This document shows, in pieces, positions 26,383-38,395 of a stretch of DNA of 64,000 nt. The DNA lies in contig CM075993.1 of assembly GCA_038087875.1 (NCBI GenBank), positions 1,986,001 to 2,050,000 of the forward strand. The letters run 5' to 3'. Positions within the stretch are counted from its first letter, which is position 1. Every line of letters begins with the position of its first letter. The notes below the pieces were generated by a model that was not told where the DNA came from, searched no databases, and was given only the letters and a program-made list of their open reading frames with translations. A program made the translations under genes and the position numbers. The stretch comes from Malacoraja senta (Eukaryota).

Positions 26383-26835
26383 AGCCTCAAGTCACGGCAC
26401 CCCTTTGCCACGCAAGCCCAAGAGCTGCTCTGCACAACACCGGCTGACGCTTCTAAGGCCGCCTGGGTCAAGACGAGATGGAGAGACCAGTGGAAGTCAG
26501 CGGAACCATCTAGGCTACACCATGACATCGATGACCCCATGGACGTCCCTGGCCAGGACCTGCCCCGAAAGCAGTGGACAACCCTCAACCGCTTGAGGAC
26601 AGGTCATCGGACGCTATGGAGTAGCGATGAAGAGGTGGGGGCCTCGTGGACCAGCGCCTCCTGCGAGTGTGGGGACCCAACACAGACAGTGGAGCCCACA
26701 CATCGTCACCAGTTGCCCCAAACACCGGCCACCGAATGGTGAACGAGGTCTGGTTGACCTGGACGATGACACGTTGGCCCGGCTTGCCTCAACCGAGCTG
26801 CAGGTCTAAAAGACACACGACAGAAGAAGCAGAAG
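26383..26835 (+). mobile_element. Ingi/Vingi-like (I-group) LINE 3' end, frameshifted
   Basis: LKSRHPF, PGQDLPRKQWTTLNRLRTG, CECG...HIVTSC zinc knuckle, stop at 26807-26809, short tail cacacgacagaagaag. Confidence 0.65.
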
Positions 26836-26845
26836 ACAAGTGGCC

Positions 26846-27084
26846 ACCTGACCAGGTCGAGACCAGGAAGCATCTATGGAGCGAAGGAATAGGTGACGTT
26901 TTCGGGTCGAGACCAGGAACCATCTATGGAGCGAAGGAATAGGTGACGTTTCGGGTCGAGACCCTTCCGGGTCTCGACCCGAAACGTCACCTATTCCTTC
27001 GCTCCATAGGTGCTGCCTCACCCGCTGAGTTTCTCCAGCATTTTTGTCTACCTTCGATTTTTCCAGCATCTGCAGTTCCTTCTT
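26846..27084. mobile_element. Penelope fold-back composite (same junctions as 16258-16610)
   Basis: gagaccaggaagcatc and gagacccttccgggtctcg junctions; direct repeat agacaagtggcc at 26834-26845 / 27085-27096. Confidence 0.8.
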
Positions 27085-27499
27085 AGACAAGTGGCCGTGG
27101 TCTCTAAGTCTATAACCTGAATCTGAAGCCTAGACCCTACTCAAACATAACACATAATCCACACTATTTTGTTTGTGCTACTGAATATAGTTTGGCTCCA
27201 ACCCCAGGCCATCTGCTCTGATGGGCAAACCCAAAAATTATTCCTAGTTTTCTCAGGATATGGAATTTGATTGCTGCTGCTGCTAATTGCGTAGTATTAT
27301 AACTGAATTCAAAAAACAAATTGCAATTAGACAAAAATACTTCATTAGCAACACAGCAATGTTCAATGTCTTTTCAAAAGAAAGGGCACATATTGATACA
27401 GCTTGACAAGTTCAAGACTACTTGACTGCAACGTGTTATTTTCGCTGTTGGATCATTTCTATTCCTGCCACTTCAGTTCCAATGACAACAACTGCATTT

Positions 27500-27960
27500 C
27501 AGGGCGACACAGTGGCACAGAGTTGCTGCCCCACAGCGCCAGAGACGCTGGTTCGATCCTGACTACGGGTGCTTTCCGTGCGGAGTTTGTACGTTCTCCC
27601 CGTGACCTGTGTGGGTTTTAAATCATAGAAACATAGAAAATAGGTGCAGGAGTAGGCCATTCGGCCCTTCGAGAATGCACCGCCATTCAATATGATCATG
27701 GCTGATCATCCAACTCAGTATCTTGTACCTGCCTTCTCTCCATACCCCCTGATCCCTTTAGCCACAAGGGCCACATCTAACTCCCTCTTAAATATAGCCA
27801 ATGAACTGGCCTCAACTACCTTCTGTGGCAGAGAATTCTACAGATTCACCACTCTCTGTGTGAAAAATGATTTTCTCATCTCGGTCCTAAAAGACTTCCC
27901 CCTTATCCCCCTTTTCTCCGGGTGCTCCGGTTTCCCCCTACACTCCAAAAACGTACAGGT
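27500..27960. mobile_element. V-SINE (plus) interrupted by a CR1 3' end (minus, ~27624-27908)
   Basis: The SINE V-domain resumes after the CR1 fragment. Confidence 0.8.
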
Positions 27961-28154
27961 GTCTCTGAAACAAAAAAACTGAAAAACAGATTTGATGAAC
28001 CGAATAGCCTAATTCTGATTCTATGTCTTATGAAAGTGAACTGATGTTTGTCATTGCAATGTAGAAATTGTGACTTGTTTACCGTTGTGGGTCAGCGCTT
28101 AAAGGGTTTCACTGAAGTTTACTATTTTATTGATTCGGAGAGTTGAACAGAATC

Positions 28155-28635
28155 AGAAGATAGACACGAAAAGCTGGAGTAACTCAGCGGGACGGGCAGC
28201 ATCTATGGAGAGAAGGCATGGGTGACGTTTCGGGTCGAGACCCTTCTTCAGACTGGTTAGGGCTAAGGGAAACAAGAGATATAGACAGTGATGTAGAGAG
28301 ATAAAGAACAATGAATGAAAGATATACAAAAAAGTGACGATGAAAAAGGAAACAGGCCATTGTTTGCTGTTTGTTGGGTGAGAACGAGAAGCTGGTGCGA
28401 CTTGGGTGGGAGAGGGAGGGTCACGGTGGCACAGCGGTAGAGTTGCTGCCTTACAGCAAAATGCAGCGCCAGAGACCCGGGTTCGATCCCGACCACGGGT
28501 GCTGTCTGTATGGAGTTTGTACGTTCTCCCCGTGATCTGCGTGGGATTTCTCCAATGTCTTTGGTTTCCTTCCACACTCCAAAGACGTGCAGGTTTGTAG
28601 GTTAATTGGCTTGATAAAATGTTAAATTGTCCAAG
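28155..28635. mobile_element. Penelope 3' region with extended UTR (minus; hammerhead 28224-28251) abutting a V-SINE (plus)
   Basis: The extended UTR is also seen at ~43980-44130, 58250-58460 and 63175-63255. Confidence 0.75.
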
Positions 28636-29368
28636 TTGGCGATATGCAGAGTACGGCCCTGCCGACTACAAGGTTCAGAAGGTTCAGAAGGAATGCCGGG
28701 GCTACCTGAAGTTAGAGAAACCAATGTTCATACCACTGGGGTTTAAGCTGCCCAAATGAAAGAGAGATACTTTTCCTCCAATTGGTGTTTAGCCTCACTC
28801 TGACAATGGAGGAGACCTGGGACAGAAAGGTCTGTGTACGAACGGGAAGGAGAATCAGCGTCAGGCTAAAGATTTTGCCTCGCAGCGAGGGATGGTTAAA
28901 GGACAAATTGCTCCTGACTCCATTGCGAGGATTTCTTAGTTATGCCAGAATGCGTGAGAAGATAAGTGTACATGTTCTTGGAAAGAATCAGCCTTTGACT
29001 GATTGCAGGCTGGAATAACCAGAGCAAATGTGCTTCATTTGTATTTTCAGAAAATGATCAGAAAAAAGATTATTTCTCTCTCTTGCTGAATAATTTGCCT
29101 GCAGCAACCGTCTCATTAATGGATAATACACGATTAAATTGGACCAGGTAGGAACAGTAAAATTCTTGCCACATTATGCTTGTAACATTCCAATTGCTTG
29201 GATTTCAATTGTCTTTGAGCTTGTGATATTGTACAAACTGTATCGCCATCATTTATTTAAACTACCTGGACTGCTTTCCCAATTACAACACATTAGCAAG
29301 GAATTGTAAGCATCTCACTTACGAAGGACTATAAAGTTCAGGACAATGAACAACAAGAAGGAGGAATG

Positions 29369-29551
29369 TTTAAGAAGGAACTGCAGATGCTGGAAAATGG
29401 AAGGTAGACAATAATGCTGGAGAAACTCAGCAGGTGAGGCTATTTCATATGGAGCGAAGGAAATAGGCAACGTTTCGGGTAGAAACGTTGCCTATTTCCT
29501 TCGCTCCATAGATGCTGCCTCACCCGTTGAGTTTCTCCAGCATTTTTGTCT
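29369..29551. mobile_element. Penelope fold-back insert
   Basis: Inverted arms; TSD aagaaggag(g/a)aatg at 29355-29368 / 29552-29565. Confidence 0.8.
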
Positions 29552-29689
29552 AAGAAGGAGAAATGGGTGTTTTATGGAGATCACAATGATGGTGCGATCA
29601 TTTTTGCACGAATCACGAAACTTGGGCAATTTAATAAACGATTTTATTACTTGGAGTGCATAATATAAAGAGCAACGCACCTGCGACAC

Positions 29690-29772
29690 GGGGTCAAGGA
29701 AGGAGCGTTCACGTCGAACGCGGCCCTGTTTCCACCAATCTTTCCACCGCCACGCACAAGAAGCACAAGAAG
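29690..29772 (+). ncRNA. Second HDV/CPEB3-like ribozyme fold (29690-29745) with a Vingi-like tail
   Basis: P1 GGGGTC/GGCCCT, P2 GGAAGGA/TCTTTCC, P3 GCG/CGC, L3 TTCACGT (+4 extra nt), GT, TTCCA, CCAA; tail gccacgcacaagaagcacaagaag. Confidence 0.65.
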
Positions 29773-29847
29773 TGACAAGACAGACACCATTGCATGCAGA
29801 CGCTGAGAAGTGTGTTCATCTCTGGCTGAACAACTCCTAATCTTGTG

Positions 29848-29944
29848 GTCTGAAGAAGGGTTTCAGCCCGAAACGTTGCCTATCTCCTTCACTCCATAGA
29901 TGCTGCTGCACCCGCTGAGTTTCTCCAGCACTTTTGTGTACCTT
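29848..29944 (+). mobile_element. Minimal Penelope insert: hammerhead (29850-29877) + tail
   Basis: TSD ctaatcttgtg at 29837-29847 / 29945-29955. Confidence 0.8.
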
Positions 29945-30584
29945 CTAATCTTGTGTGTGGACTCGACAAGAACAAGACCTACGGCATATATATTTGACTG
30001 GGAATCCCATTTTGATGTGCATAGGACTCTTATTGTGATTATTGATATTATTACTCTTATTGCAAAGTCACACAACTGATCATTAATAGGAAGAGGTTTA
30101 AATTTAGGGAACAGTTTCTTCCCAGCTGTTATCAGGCAACTGGATCATCCTACCACAACCAGAGAGCAGTCCTGAACTACTATCCACCTCATTGGTGAAC
30201 CTAGGACTATCCTTGATCGGACTTTGCTGCCTTCACCTTGCACTAAACATTATTCCCGCATCATGTATCTATCTATACACTGCAAATGGATCGATTGTAA
30301 TCATGTATTGTCTTTCCGCTGGCTGGATAGCACGCAACAAAGAAGGCAGGAGAATGGGGAGGGAGAGATACATCAGTCATGATTGAATGGCAGAATAGAC
30401 TTGATGGGCCGAATGGCCTATTTCTACTTTTATGATCTTATGACCATAAGGTTCAACATCATTCGATGGCGAAAGATGAGAGTTCCACTGCACACCACTA
30501 TCCTAAGGCTTATTCTATGTCCTTTTGTGCAGTCCTGATTTTCATCCCAAACAAAAGCACCACATGTTGGCACAGGTCACAATA

Positions 30585-31012
30585 ATAGAATCATAGTGTC
30601 TTACAGCATGGAAACAGGCCCTTCGGCCCAACTTGCCCACACCAGCCAACATGTCCCATCGACACTAGTCACACCTGCCTGTGTTTGGCCCATATCCCTC
30701 CAAACCTGTCCTATCCATGCACCTGTCTAACTGTTTCCAGACGTTGCGATAGTCCCAGCCTCAACTACCTCCTCTGGCAGCTCGTCCCATACACCCACCA
30801 CCCTTTGTGTGAAAAAGTTACCCCTCAGATTCCTATTAAATCTTTTCCCCTTCACCTTGAACCTATGTCCCCTGGTCCTCGATTCCCCTACTCTGGGCAA
30901 GAGACTCTGTGCATCTACCCGATCTATTCCTCTCATCTCAAGAAGATCACCCCTCATCGTCCTGCGCTCCAAGGAATAGAATCCCGGCCTACTCAACCTC
31001 TCCCTGTAGCTC
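30585..31012 (-). mobile_element. CR1 LINE 3' end (second subfamily)
   Basis: LSYRERLSRPGFYSLERRTMRGDL...RTRGHRFKVKG...VVGVWDELPEEVVEA. Confidence 0.85.
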
Positions 31013-31361
31013 AGACCCGGGTCTCTGGCGCAGTGAGCGCTGTAGGGCAATGACTCTACCGCTGCGCCACCATGCCGTAGAACTGTCTGTAAGTATCATT
31101 TGTTTGTAATTGATGTATTATTCCACCTAATAATCTGTTTCAGGAGTGTCTAATAATCTGATCATTTTCATAATAATGAGTTCAGAAAAACCATTAACAC
31201 AACCTGGAGAAACTAATGATAGTCTAAATTTGGATATTTTGAGATAGGATCTCATTAGAGGACATTGCAGTTTAAAGATTTTTTATTTTTATTACATAAA
31301 GTTCAATATAATATGTTGCCAAATTGGAAAGTTTGCAGAGAAGATTAACGAGGATGTTGCC

Positions 31362-31704
31362 AGGGAGGGGATGCTGTTCCACAGTCTAGGAGCTGCAACC
31401 GCAAAGGCGCGGTCGCCCCTGAGCTTATGCCTAGACCGCGGGATGTTCAGTAACCCCAAGTCGGCCGATCTGAGGGACCTGGAGGTGGAGTGGTGGGTGA
31501 GAAGACCTTTAATGTAGGTGGGGGCAAGCCCGTTAAGGGCTTTGTAAACATAGAGGAGGATCTTGAAATTTATTCGGAACCGCACAGGGACCCAGTGGAG
31601 AGAGGCCAGAATCGGGGTGATGTGGTCCCTTATTCGGGTGCCCGTCAGGAGTCTCGCTGCGGCGTTTTGGACCAGTTGCAGGCGGGACAGGGAAGATTGG
31701 CTGA
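31362..31704 (-). mobile_element. L2 LINE ORF2 C-terminal fragment
   Basis: LQLVQNAAARLLTG...HITPILASLHW.PVRFRINFKILL...GDRAFAVAAPRLWNS. Confidence 0.85.
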
Positions 31705-34412
31705 TGCCAGGGAGAAGGCAGGAGAATGGGGTTAGGAGGGTGAGATCGATCAGCCATGATTGAATGGCGGAGTAGACTTGATGGGCCGAATGGCCTCATT
31801 CTGCTCCTATCACCTATGACCTTATGACCTTCCACACTGGGGATAAAGTTAATAATCTAAGTTTCATTCTCTACAGCAAACAAATCAAGACTCTGAAGAT
31901 TTTTAGTAAGATCTAAATATTCATGTTATGTTTGAAACTTCCTAAAACTACTTGAACGCGTCCCAAATGTTGCAGATTACACTGCTAAATGAACTGTCAT
32001 GACAAATTGATTTGTGTTATGGCCTCATTAACTGCAAAGTGTACCACAATTAGATAAAACTGTCTGCACAAAATACAGAAATAAATCTCATAATTGGTCT
32101 TTAATATCAATGCTTAATTTCATTTTCTCTCTCCACATTACCAAGAATGTGGGCCCCGTGTTGCTGAGTGGGATGCAATCACGGGATGAGTTTGAGTTAG
32201 GTAGACAAAAGTGCTGGAGAAACTCAGCGGGTGAGGCAGCATCTATGGAGCAAAGGAAATAGGCAACGTTTCGGGCCAATTTTCCCGAAGCTAGTGGAAG
32301 CTAGTCTTCAACATAGTTGAAGGAGGTTGAAGGAGATTGAACGAGGTCGTAGGAGGTGTTCTACATCGGCGATACAACACGACCATGACACTTTTTTAAA
32401 CTCTCCTAAACTCTTCTAAACTCACCAATTAGGTTCCCGCAGTGGGACAAAGGCCCTTAACTCAGCGGGCCAGGCAGCATCTCTGGAGAGGAGGAATGAA
32501 TGGGTGACGTTTCGGGTCGAGACCTCTCTTCAGACTCGACCCGAAACCCATTCCTTCTCTCCAGAGAAGCTGCTTGTCCCACTGAGTTACTCTAGTGTGT
32601 GTGTGAGAATGTGTGTGAGTGTGTGTGTGTGAGTGTGTGTAGGTCAGTGCTTTGTAAACCATTATTCCAGTAACACCCACAATAGCGCACGTCTACAGAA
32701 TGGATTTAGGTTATAACAGACGAAGGCTCCTGTTGCACCTATCCATTTTCTCCAGAGATGCTGCCTGACCCCCTGAGCTACTCCAGCATGTTGTGTCTAT
32801 CTGCACCCTACGAGTAACCCAAGTCACTAAGTATAAAATACCTCCTCCGGTCATTAGATTTTGAGTGAGTGTTCTGCTCAGGGAAATAAGCTAGCATGCC
32901 TGTCAATAAGTCTATAGACTTTATGTTCCTCCTGTCTGCAGACTGACAGCAATGTCTGCTGCTTTGAGTAGCTCTCCCCTGATGCTGTTGATAGACATTA
33001 CACAATGAGCCCGCACTTTGCGATCAATTCCCTAGTAAACAAAAACAAGGCATTGATTGCAAGGTTATCCAATAAAGGTTACCGCTACCTTTGACATGCC
33101 CAACCACTGTGCCTCGAAACAAATCAATTCACACTATCGGAGGCACATATTGATCCAAATCAGATCTGAGCTTACTGCTCATGTGTAAACAAGCCTTTAG
33201 ACTTCCCTTCCGCCTGCATGCAAAGTAGAATTTACCGAATCAGGGCTTAGTTTAGTTTAGTTTAGTTTAGTATGTCATGTTGTTACTTGTGGGCAGAGCA
33301 CCAAGGCAAATTCCTTGTATGTGAATACTTAGCCAATAAACTTACTTACTTAGTTTCGTTTCATTTGGTTTTCGTGCAGTTCAGTTCAGTTTATTGTCAC
33401 GTGTACCGAGGTACAGTGAAAAGCTTTTGTTGCGTGCTAACCAGTCAGCGGGAAGACAATACATGATTATAATTAAGCCGTCCATGGTGTACATAATAAT
33501 ATTAGACAATAGTCAATAGACAATAGGTGCAGGAGGAGGCCATTCGGCCCTTCGAGCCAGCACCGCCATTCAATGTGATCATGGCTGATCATCCCCAATC
33601 AGTACCCCGTTCCTGCCTTCTCCCCTGACTCCGCTATCATTAAGAGCCCTATCTAGCTCTCTCTTGAAAGTATCCAGAGAACCTGCCTCCACCGCCCTCT
33701 GAGGCAGAGAATTCCACAGACACATGATAAAGGAAATAACGTTAAGTCCAGGGTAAAATCCAGTAACGTCCGATTAAAGATAGTCCGAGCCTGAACTGAC
33801 GCCGGCAGTGGCCGAAAAAATCGGCAAGTGGGATAGGCGACTGCGGGGATCGCTGGTGGGTGCGGACTCAGTGGGCCAAATGTGTTGTTCCGCGCTGTAT
33901 CTCTAAGCCAAAATCTAAACTAAAGGACAAAGTCATCATGGATTGTGAATACCATCCACAGCACTGCTTTCATGACTATGCATGAGGTATATCTTCGTTT
34001 ACCCCCTCGTCTGACAAGAGACTTTGTTTCGACAATACTTCATTAGCTGTTCAGCATTCAAGGACAATCCAAGGTCATGAAAGAGGCTATATAAATGCAA
34101 ATGTTCTCCTTTTCCCTTGGAATCTTGAATATTGTTTGCTGAGCAGATCCATGAAAGTCATGCATAACATATTCTCTGCTGCATATAGTTGCTCCAGCTG
34201 CAATATCTGCAGAAGCAAAGTATAAATATCAAGGACAAATTCTCCAATACAATTGTCCAAAAGAGTTATGTAAGAGACAGCTGATACAGAAATGCCAACG
34301 TATTTTTCATTAAAGCACAGGATAGATAATATTAATATCTGCTGCCCAGGGAGGCATGGTGGTGCAGAGTTGCTTCCTCACAGCGCCAGAGACCCAGGTT
34401 CAATCCTGACTA

Positions 34413-34928
34413 ACATTCCTAACGCCTCTACTTCCTTAGAAGGCTTAGGATGTTCGGCATGTCGCCTACAACTCTCATCAACTTCTACAGATGCACCACA
34501 GAAAGCATTTTATCAGGATGCATCGCAGCTTTGGTTTGCGAACAGCTCCATCCAAGACCGCAAGAAATTGCAGCGAATTGTGTTCGCAGCCCAGACCGTC
34601 GCGCAAACCAACCTCCCTTCCATTAACTCCATCTACACCTCACGCTGCCTCGGCAAGGCCAGCAGCACAATCAAGGACCAGTCGCACCCCGGCCACTCCC
34701 TCTTCTCCCCTCTCCCATCAGGCAACAAGGTACAGAAGTGTGAAAACACACACACCTCCAGATTCAGGAATAGTTTCTTCCCAGCTGTTACCAGGCAACT
34801 GAATCATCCCACCACAACCAGAGAGCAGTGCTGAACTACTATCTACCTCATTGGTGACCCTCAGACTATACTTAATCGGACTTTGCTGGCTTTACCTTAC
34901 ACTGAATGGTATTCTCTTATCATGTATC
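34413..34928 (+). mobile_element. Rex1/Babar LINE 3' fragment
   Basis: WFANSSIQDRKKLQRIV...SRCLGKASSTIKDQSHPGHSLFSPLPSG...RFRNSFFPA. Confidence 0.85.
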
Positions 34929-35108
34929 ACGGTTTCCTCCCACACCCCAGAGACCTACAGGTTTGCAGGTTAATTGGCTTGGTAAATGTAAAAATTGTCC
35001 CGTGTGTGTGTAGGATAGTGTTAATGTGCGGGGATCGCTGGTCGGCGCGGACCCGGTGGGCCAAAGGGCCTGTTTCCGCGCTGTATCTCTAAAATTAAAA
35101 CTAAAAAA

Positions 35109-35440
35109 ACGTACCCCTTTTTCTCTTCTCTCTTCTCTTGCCTACGATGCCTCCTGGCATGTAGGGCAGCAACGAAGGTCCTCCTCCACTCAGTAGTGTT
35201 GATTCCTTCCGTTGCTGTTTACGTCACATATGTGTTTGACGAGACAGGGTTGTGAGCCCTGTGCTCAAACTCCAACCTGGAGGACCAGTGGATCGCTCTT
35301 CGTCTCGCCTCTACCCTTCCACCTGTCCAGCATGGGAGACCCTAACAGGAGACGAATCCCCCACTTGGGGTCACTGAGACACACAAGCTCCCCGACCAAG
35401 ACAAGGTTGCAATCCAACTTAATTCCCCGACTCTGGGGAA
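35109..35440 (-). mobile_element. RTE-derived bipartite SINE (RTE 5'UTR-like head + RTE 3' tail)
   Basis: Head ggattgcaaccttgtcttggtcggggagc...gcgatccactgg; tail ggaccttcgttgctgccctacatgcc + (gaaga)n. Confidence 0.55.
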
Positions 35441-35599
35441 AAGATTCTGTGGGTACAATGATCATCCTAGACTGTGGAACAGCATCCCTTTTCCCATCAG
35501 AACTTCCCCCTCCATCGACTCTTAAGTCAACACTTATCTATACTCCCAAGCCTTCCTGACGTCCTCTGAGTGAGGGCTACATGTGTATATGTATGTAGT

Positions 35600-35703
35600 T
35601 TGTTTTGTTGTGCTATTCTTATAACAAATGTAAAGCACTTTGGCCAACGAGAGTTGTTTTTTAAATGTGCCATATAAATAAATATGACTTGACTTGACTT
35701 GAC
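35600..35703 (+). mobile_element. L2 LINE 3' tail
   Basis: tgtaaagcactttgg...aaatgtgccatataaataaa + (gactt)n. Confidence 0.65.
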
Positions 35704-36085
35704 CCTCTCCATGTCCACTCCATTTTGTTATGTAAATGCTTTAGAAGCTTCGATGTGAGTGATTCCCATTGTTGTCCAAACTCCAGGGAAGGTGGGCTTC
35801 TCAATGGAGGAGACTTTCAGATTTCAGTCAGTGCAACTGTGGCATTGTAACAGTATTGAGGAAGTGGAACGCACACAGAACCGTTGGAAGTCTTAACCAA
35901 ACAGGTCCATGACAGCGAGAGAGCCAACAAGAGGGCAACAGCTCCTGAAATTTTGATATTTGAGCGCTCGATTTTTTTAATGGGACAACAGGCTCAGGAC
36001 GTAAAAGCAACAGGAGGCGTTTAATTAAGTTTAAAGAAAGCTCCGCACATCTGCAGTGTGCTGATCAAAGCATTGGCAGATGTGC

Positions 36086-36099
36086 GTTGCCATGGCAAC
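36086..36099. promoter_or_regulatory. Perfect palindromic RFX X-box
   Basis: GTTGCCATGGCAAC in non-repetitive sequence. Confidence 0.5.
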
Positions 36100-37069
36100 T
36101 ATCTCCGGCGCACAACTCTGCCCTGCATCCACACGCACGAACAAGGCAGGCACGCAAGCCAACAAAATCTTGCAGATCCTCGAGAGCAGCTGGGGGGTGG
36201 GAAACACAAGCCTTCGCTGTGCCGATAGTCTCCTCATGAGGTGGTAAATAGATCTCCTGTGTAGGGAGGAACTGCAGACGCTGGTTTAAACCGAAGATAG
36301 ACACAAAATGCTGGAGTAACTCAGTGGGACAGGCAGCATCTCTGGAGAGAAGGAAGGGGTGACGTTTCGGGTCGAGACCCTTCTTCAGGCTGATTGTGGT
36401 GGGGGAGAAAGCAGGAAGAAAAGAAACAGGCCTTACAATCCGCTGAAGACAGACACAAAATGCTGGAGTAACCTAGCGGGACAGGCAGCATCTCTGGAGA
36501 GCAGGATTTGGTTTCGGGACGAGACCCTTCTTCGGACTGAGGGACTTCCTTCTCTACGGGGATGCTGCCTGTCCCGCTGAATTACTCCAGCTTTTGTGTG
36601 TCTATATTCGGTTTAATCCAGTATCTGGAGTTCTTTCCTACACTGGGTGTGTTGACCAGAACACACCAACTCCATAATCCTACTCTAATGTGCTATGTTT
36701 ACATATTATGTTGTGCTGCAGCAAGTAAGAATTTCATTGTCCTATCTGGGACACATGACAATAAACTCTCTTGACTTGTCTCGACTCTAAAAAAAAAAGT
36801 TATTTCGAGATACAGCGTGGAAACAAACCCTTCTGACCACCGCATCCGCGCCGACCAGCGATCACCCTTACACTAGTTGTATCCGACCTACCAGGGGAAA
36901 TTTAGCAGAACACATCAACCTACAAACCTGCATGTCTTTGGAGTGTGGGAGGAAACCGGAGCACCTGGAGAAAACCCACACGGTCTCAGAGAAAACGTGC
37001 AAACTTTGTACAGACAGCACCTGTAGTCAGGGTGGAACCGGGGTCTCTGGGGCTGTGAGGTGATGGATT

Positions 37070-37410
37070 AAAGTGAAATTAAATTGACGAGTGGAAAGGA
37101 TTGGGGATGTGCAAAGATTTGGAGGTGGGGTGGGGGGGGGAGTCAGTCTACCCCACGAGAGAAGGGGGAGGAGTTGTATAGTTTGATAGCCACAGGGAAG
37201 AAAGATCTCCTGTGGCGTTCTGGGTGGGACAAGTCTGTTGCTGAAGGTGCTCCTCAGGTTGACCAGTGTGTCATGGAGGGGGTGAGATGTATTGTCCAGG
37301 ATGCTCTGCAGTTTGAGGAGCATCCCCCCCCCTCCTCCAAGACCAACCTCTCGTGAATCCAACTCCAACTCTGCCCCCAGGACGGAGCCAGCCTTCCCGA
37401 TCAGTTTGTT
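37070..37410 (-). mobile_element. Rex1/Babar LINE fragment (different subfamily)
   Basis: LLKLQSILDNTSHPLHDTL...STFSNRL. Confidence 0.65.
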
Positions 37411-37934
37411 TTGCTTATGAAAAGCAGAAATAAAATAAAATGTTGTTATAAGGTGGGTTACAAGGACATGTTAATAAAAGGGAATGTAAATTCATATATG
37501 GAAATAAAAAGCAATGGATGATGAATTAAAATAAAGTGAGAGGGAAAGCTTTGCGGAAGGTTTTGCTTAACAACTTTGAAAGATTAAAGGATTAACTCAA
37601 AATCAGAATTGACAGTTTTGTAGTAAAAGGTTCACGAAGAACACTTCAAAGAGTTACAAGATCTTACATATTAATGAGGTCCTTCAGCCGAGAAAAATGG
37701 AAACTTAAGATAAAAGGTTATCTTTAAGATTTATTATAGATTTAATTGCGATGGTTGACAGCGGTCAAGAAAATGTCTTAATGGTGCCAGGGGTGAGAAT
37801 AGCATTTTTCTTATTAATTTACGAGATGTGGAGATTGTTGACAAGGCCAACATTTTTTGTTCAACACCATTTGTCCTTGAAGTGGAAGAACAGCTATTTT
37901 CATAAATTGCTGCTGTCTTTACTTTAAAATACTT

Positions 37935-38395
37935 TAGTTTAGTTTAGTTTAGTTTAGTTGAGTTTATTGTCACGTGTACCGAGGTACAGTGAAAAGCTTT
38001 TGTGTTGCGTGCTATCCAGTTAGCGTATAGACAATACGTGACTACAATCAAACCGTCCACAGTGTACAGATACCGGATAAAGGGAATAACGTTTAGTGCA
38101 AGGTAAAGTCCAGGAAAGTCCGATCAAAGATAGTCCGAGGGTCCCCAATGAGGTAGATGGGAGGTCAGGACTGCACTCCAGTTGGTGAGAGGATGGTTCA
38201 GTTCCCTGATAACAGCTGAGAAGAAACTGCCCCTGAATCTGGAGGTGTGCCTTTTCACACTTCCGTACCTCTTGCCCGATGGGAGAGGGGAGAAGAGATA
38301 GTGAGACTGATCCTTGATGGTGCTGCTGGCCTTGCCGAGGCAGCGTGAGGTGTAGGTGGAGTCAATGGAAGGGAGGTTGGGTTTGTGTGATGGTT
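37935..38395 (-). mobile_element. Rex1/Babar LINE 3' end with (aacta)n tail
   Basis: ORF 38124-38399 NLPSIDSTYTSRCLGKASSTIKD...RFRGSFF. Confidence 0.85.
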
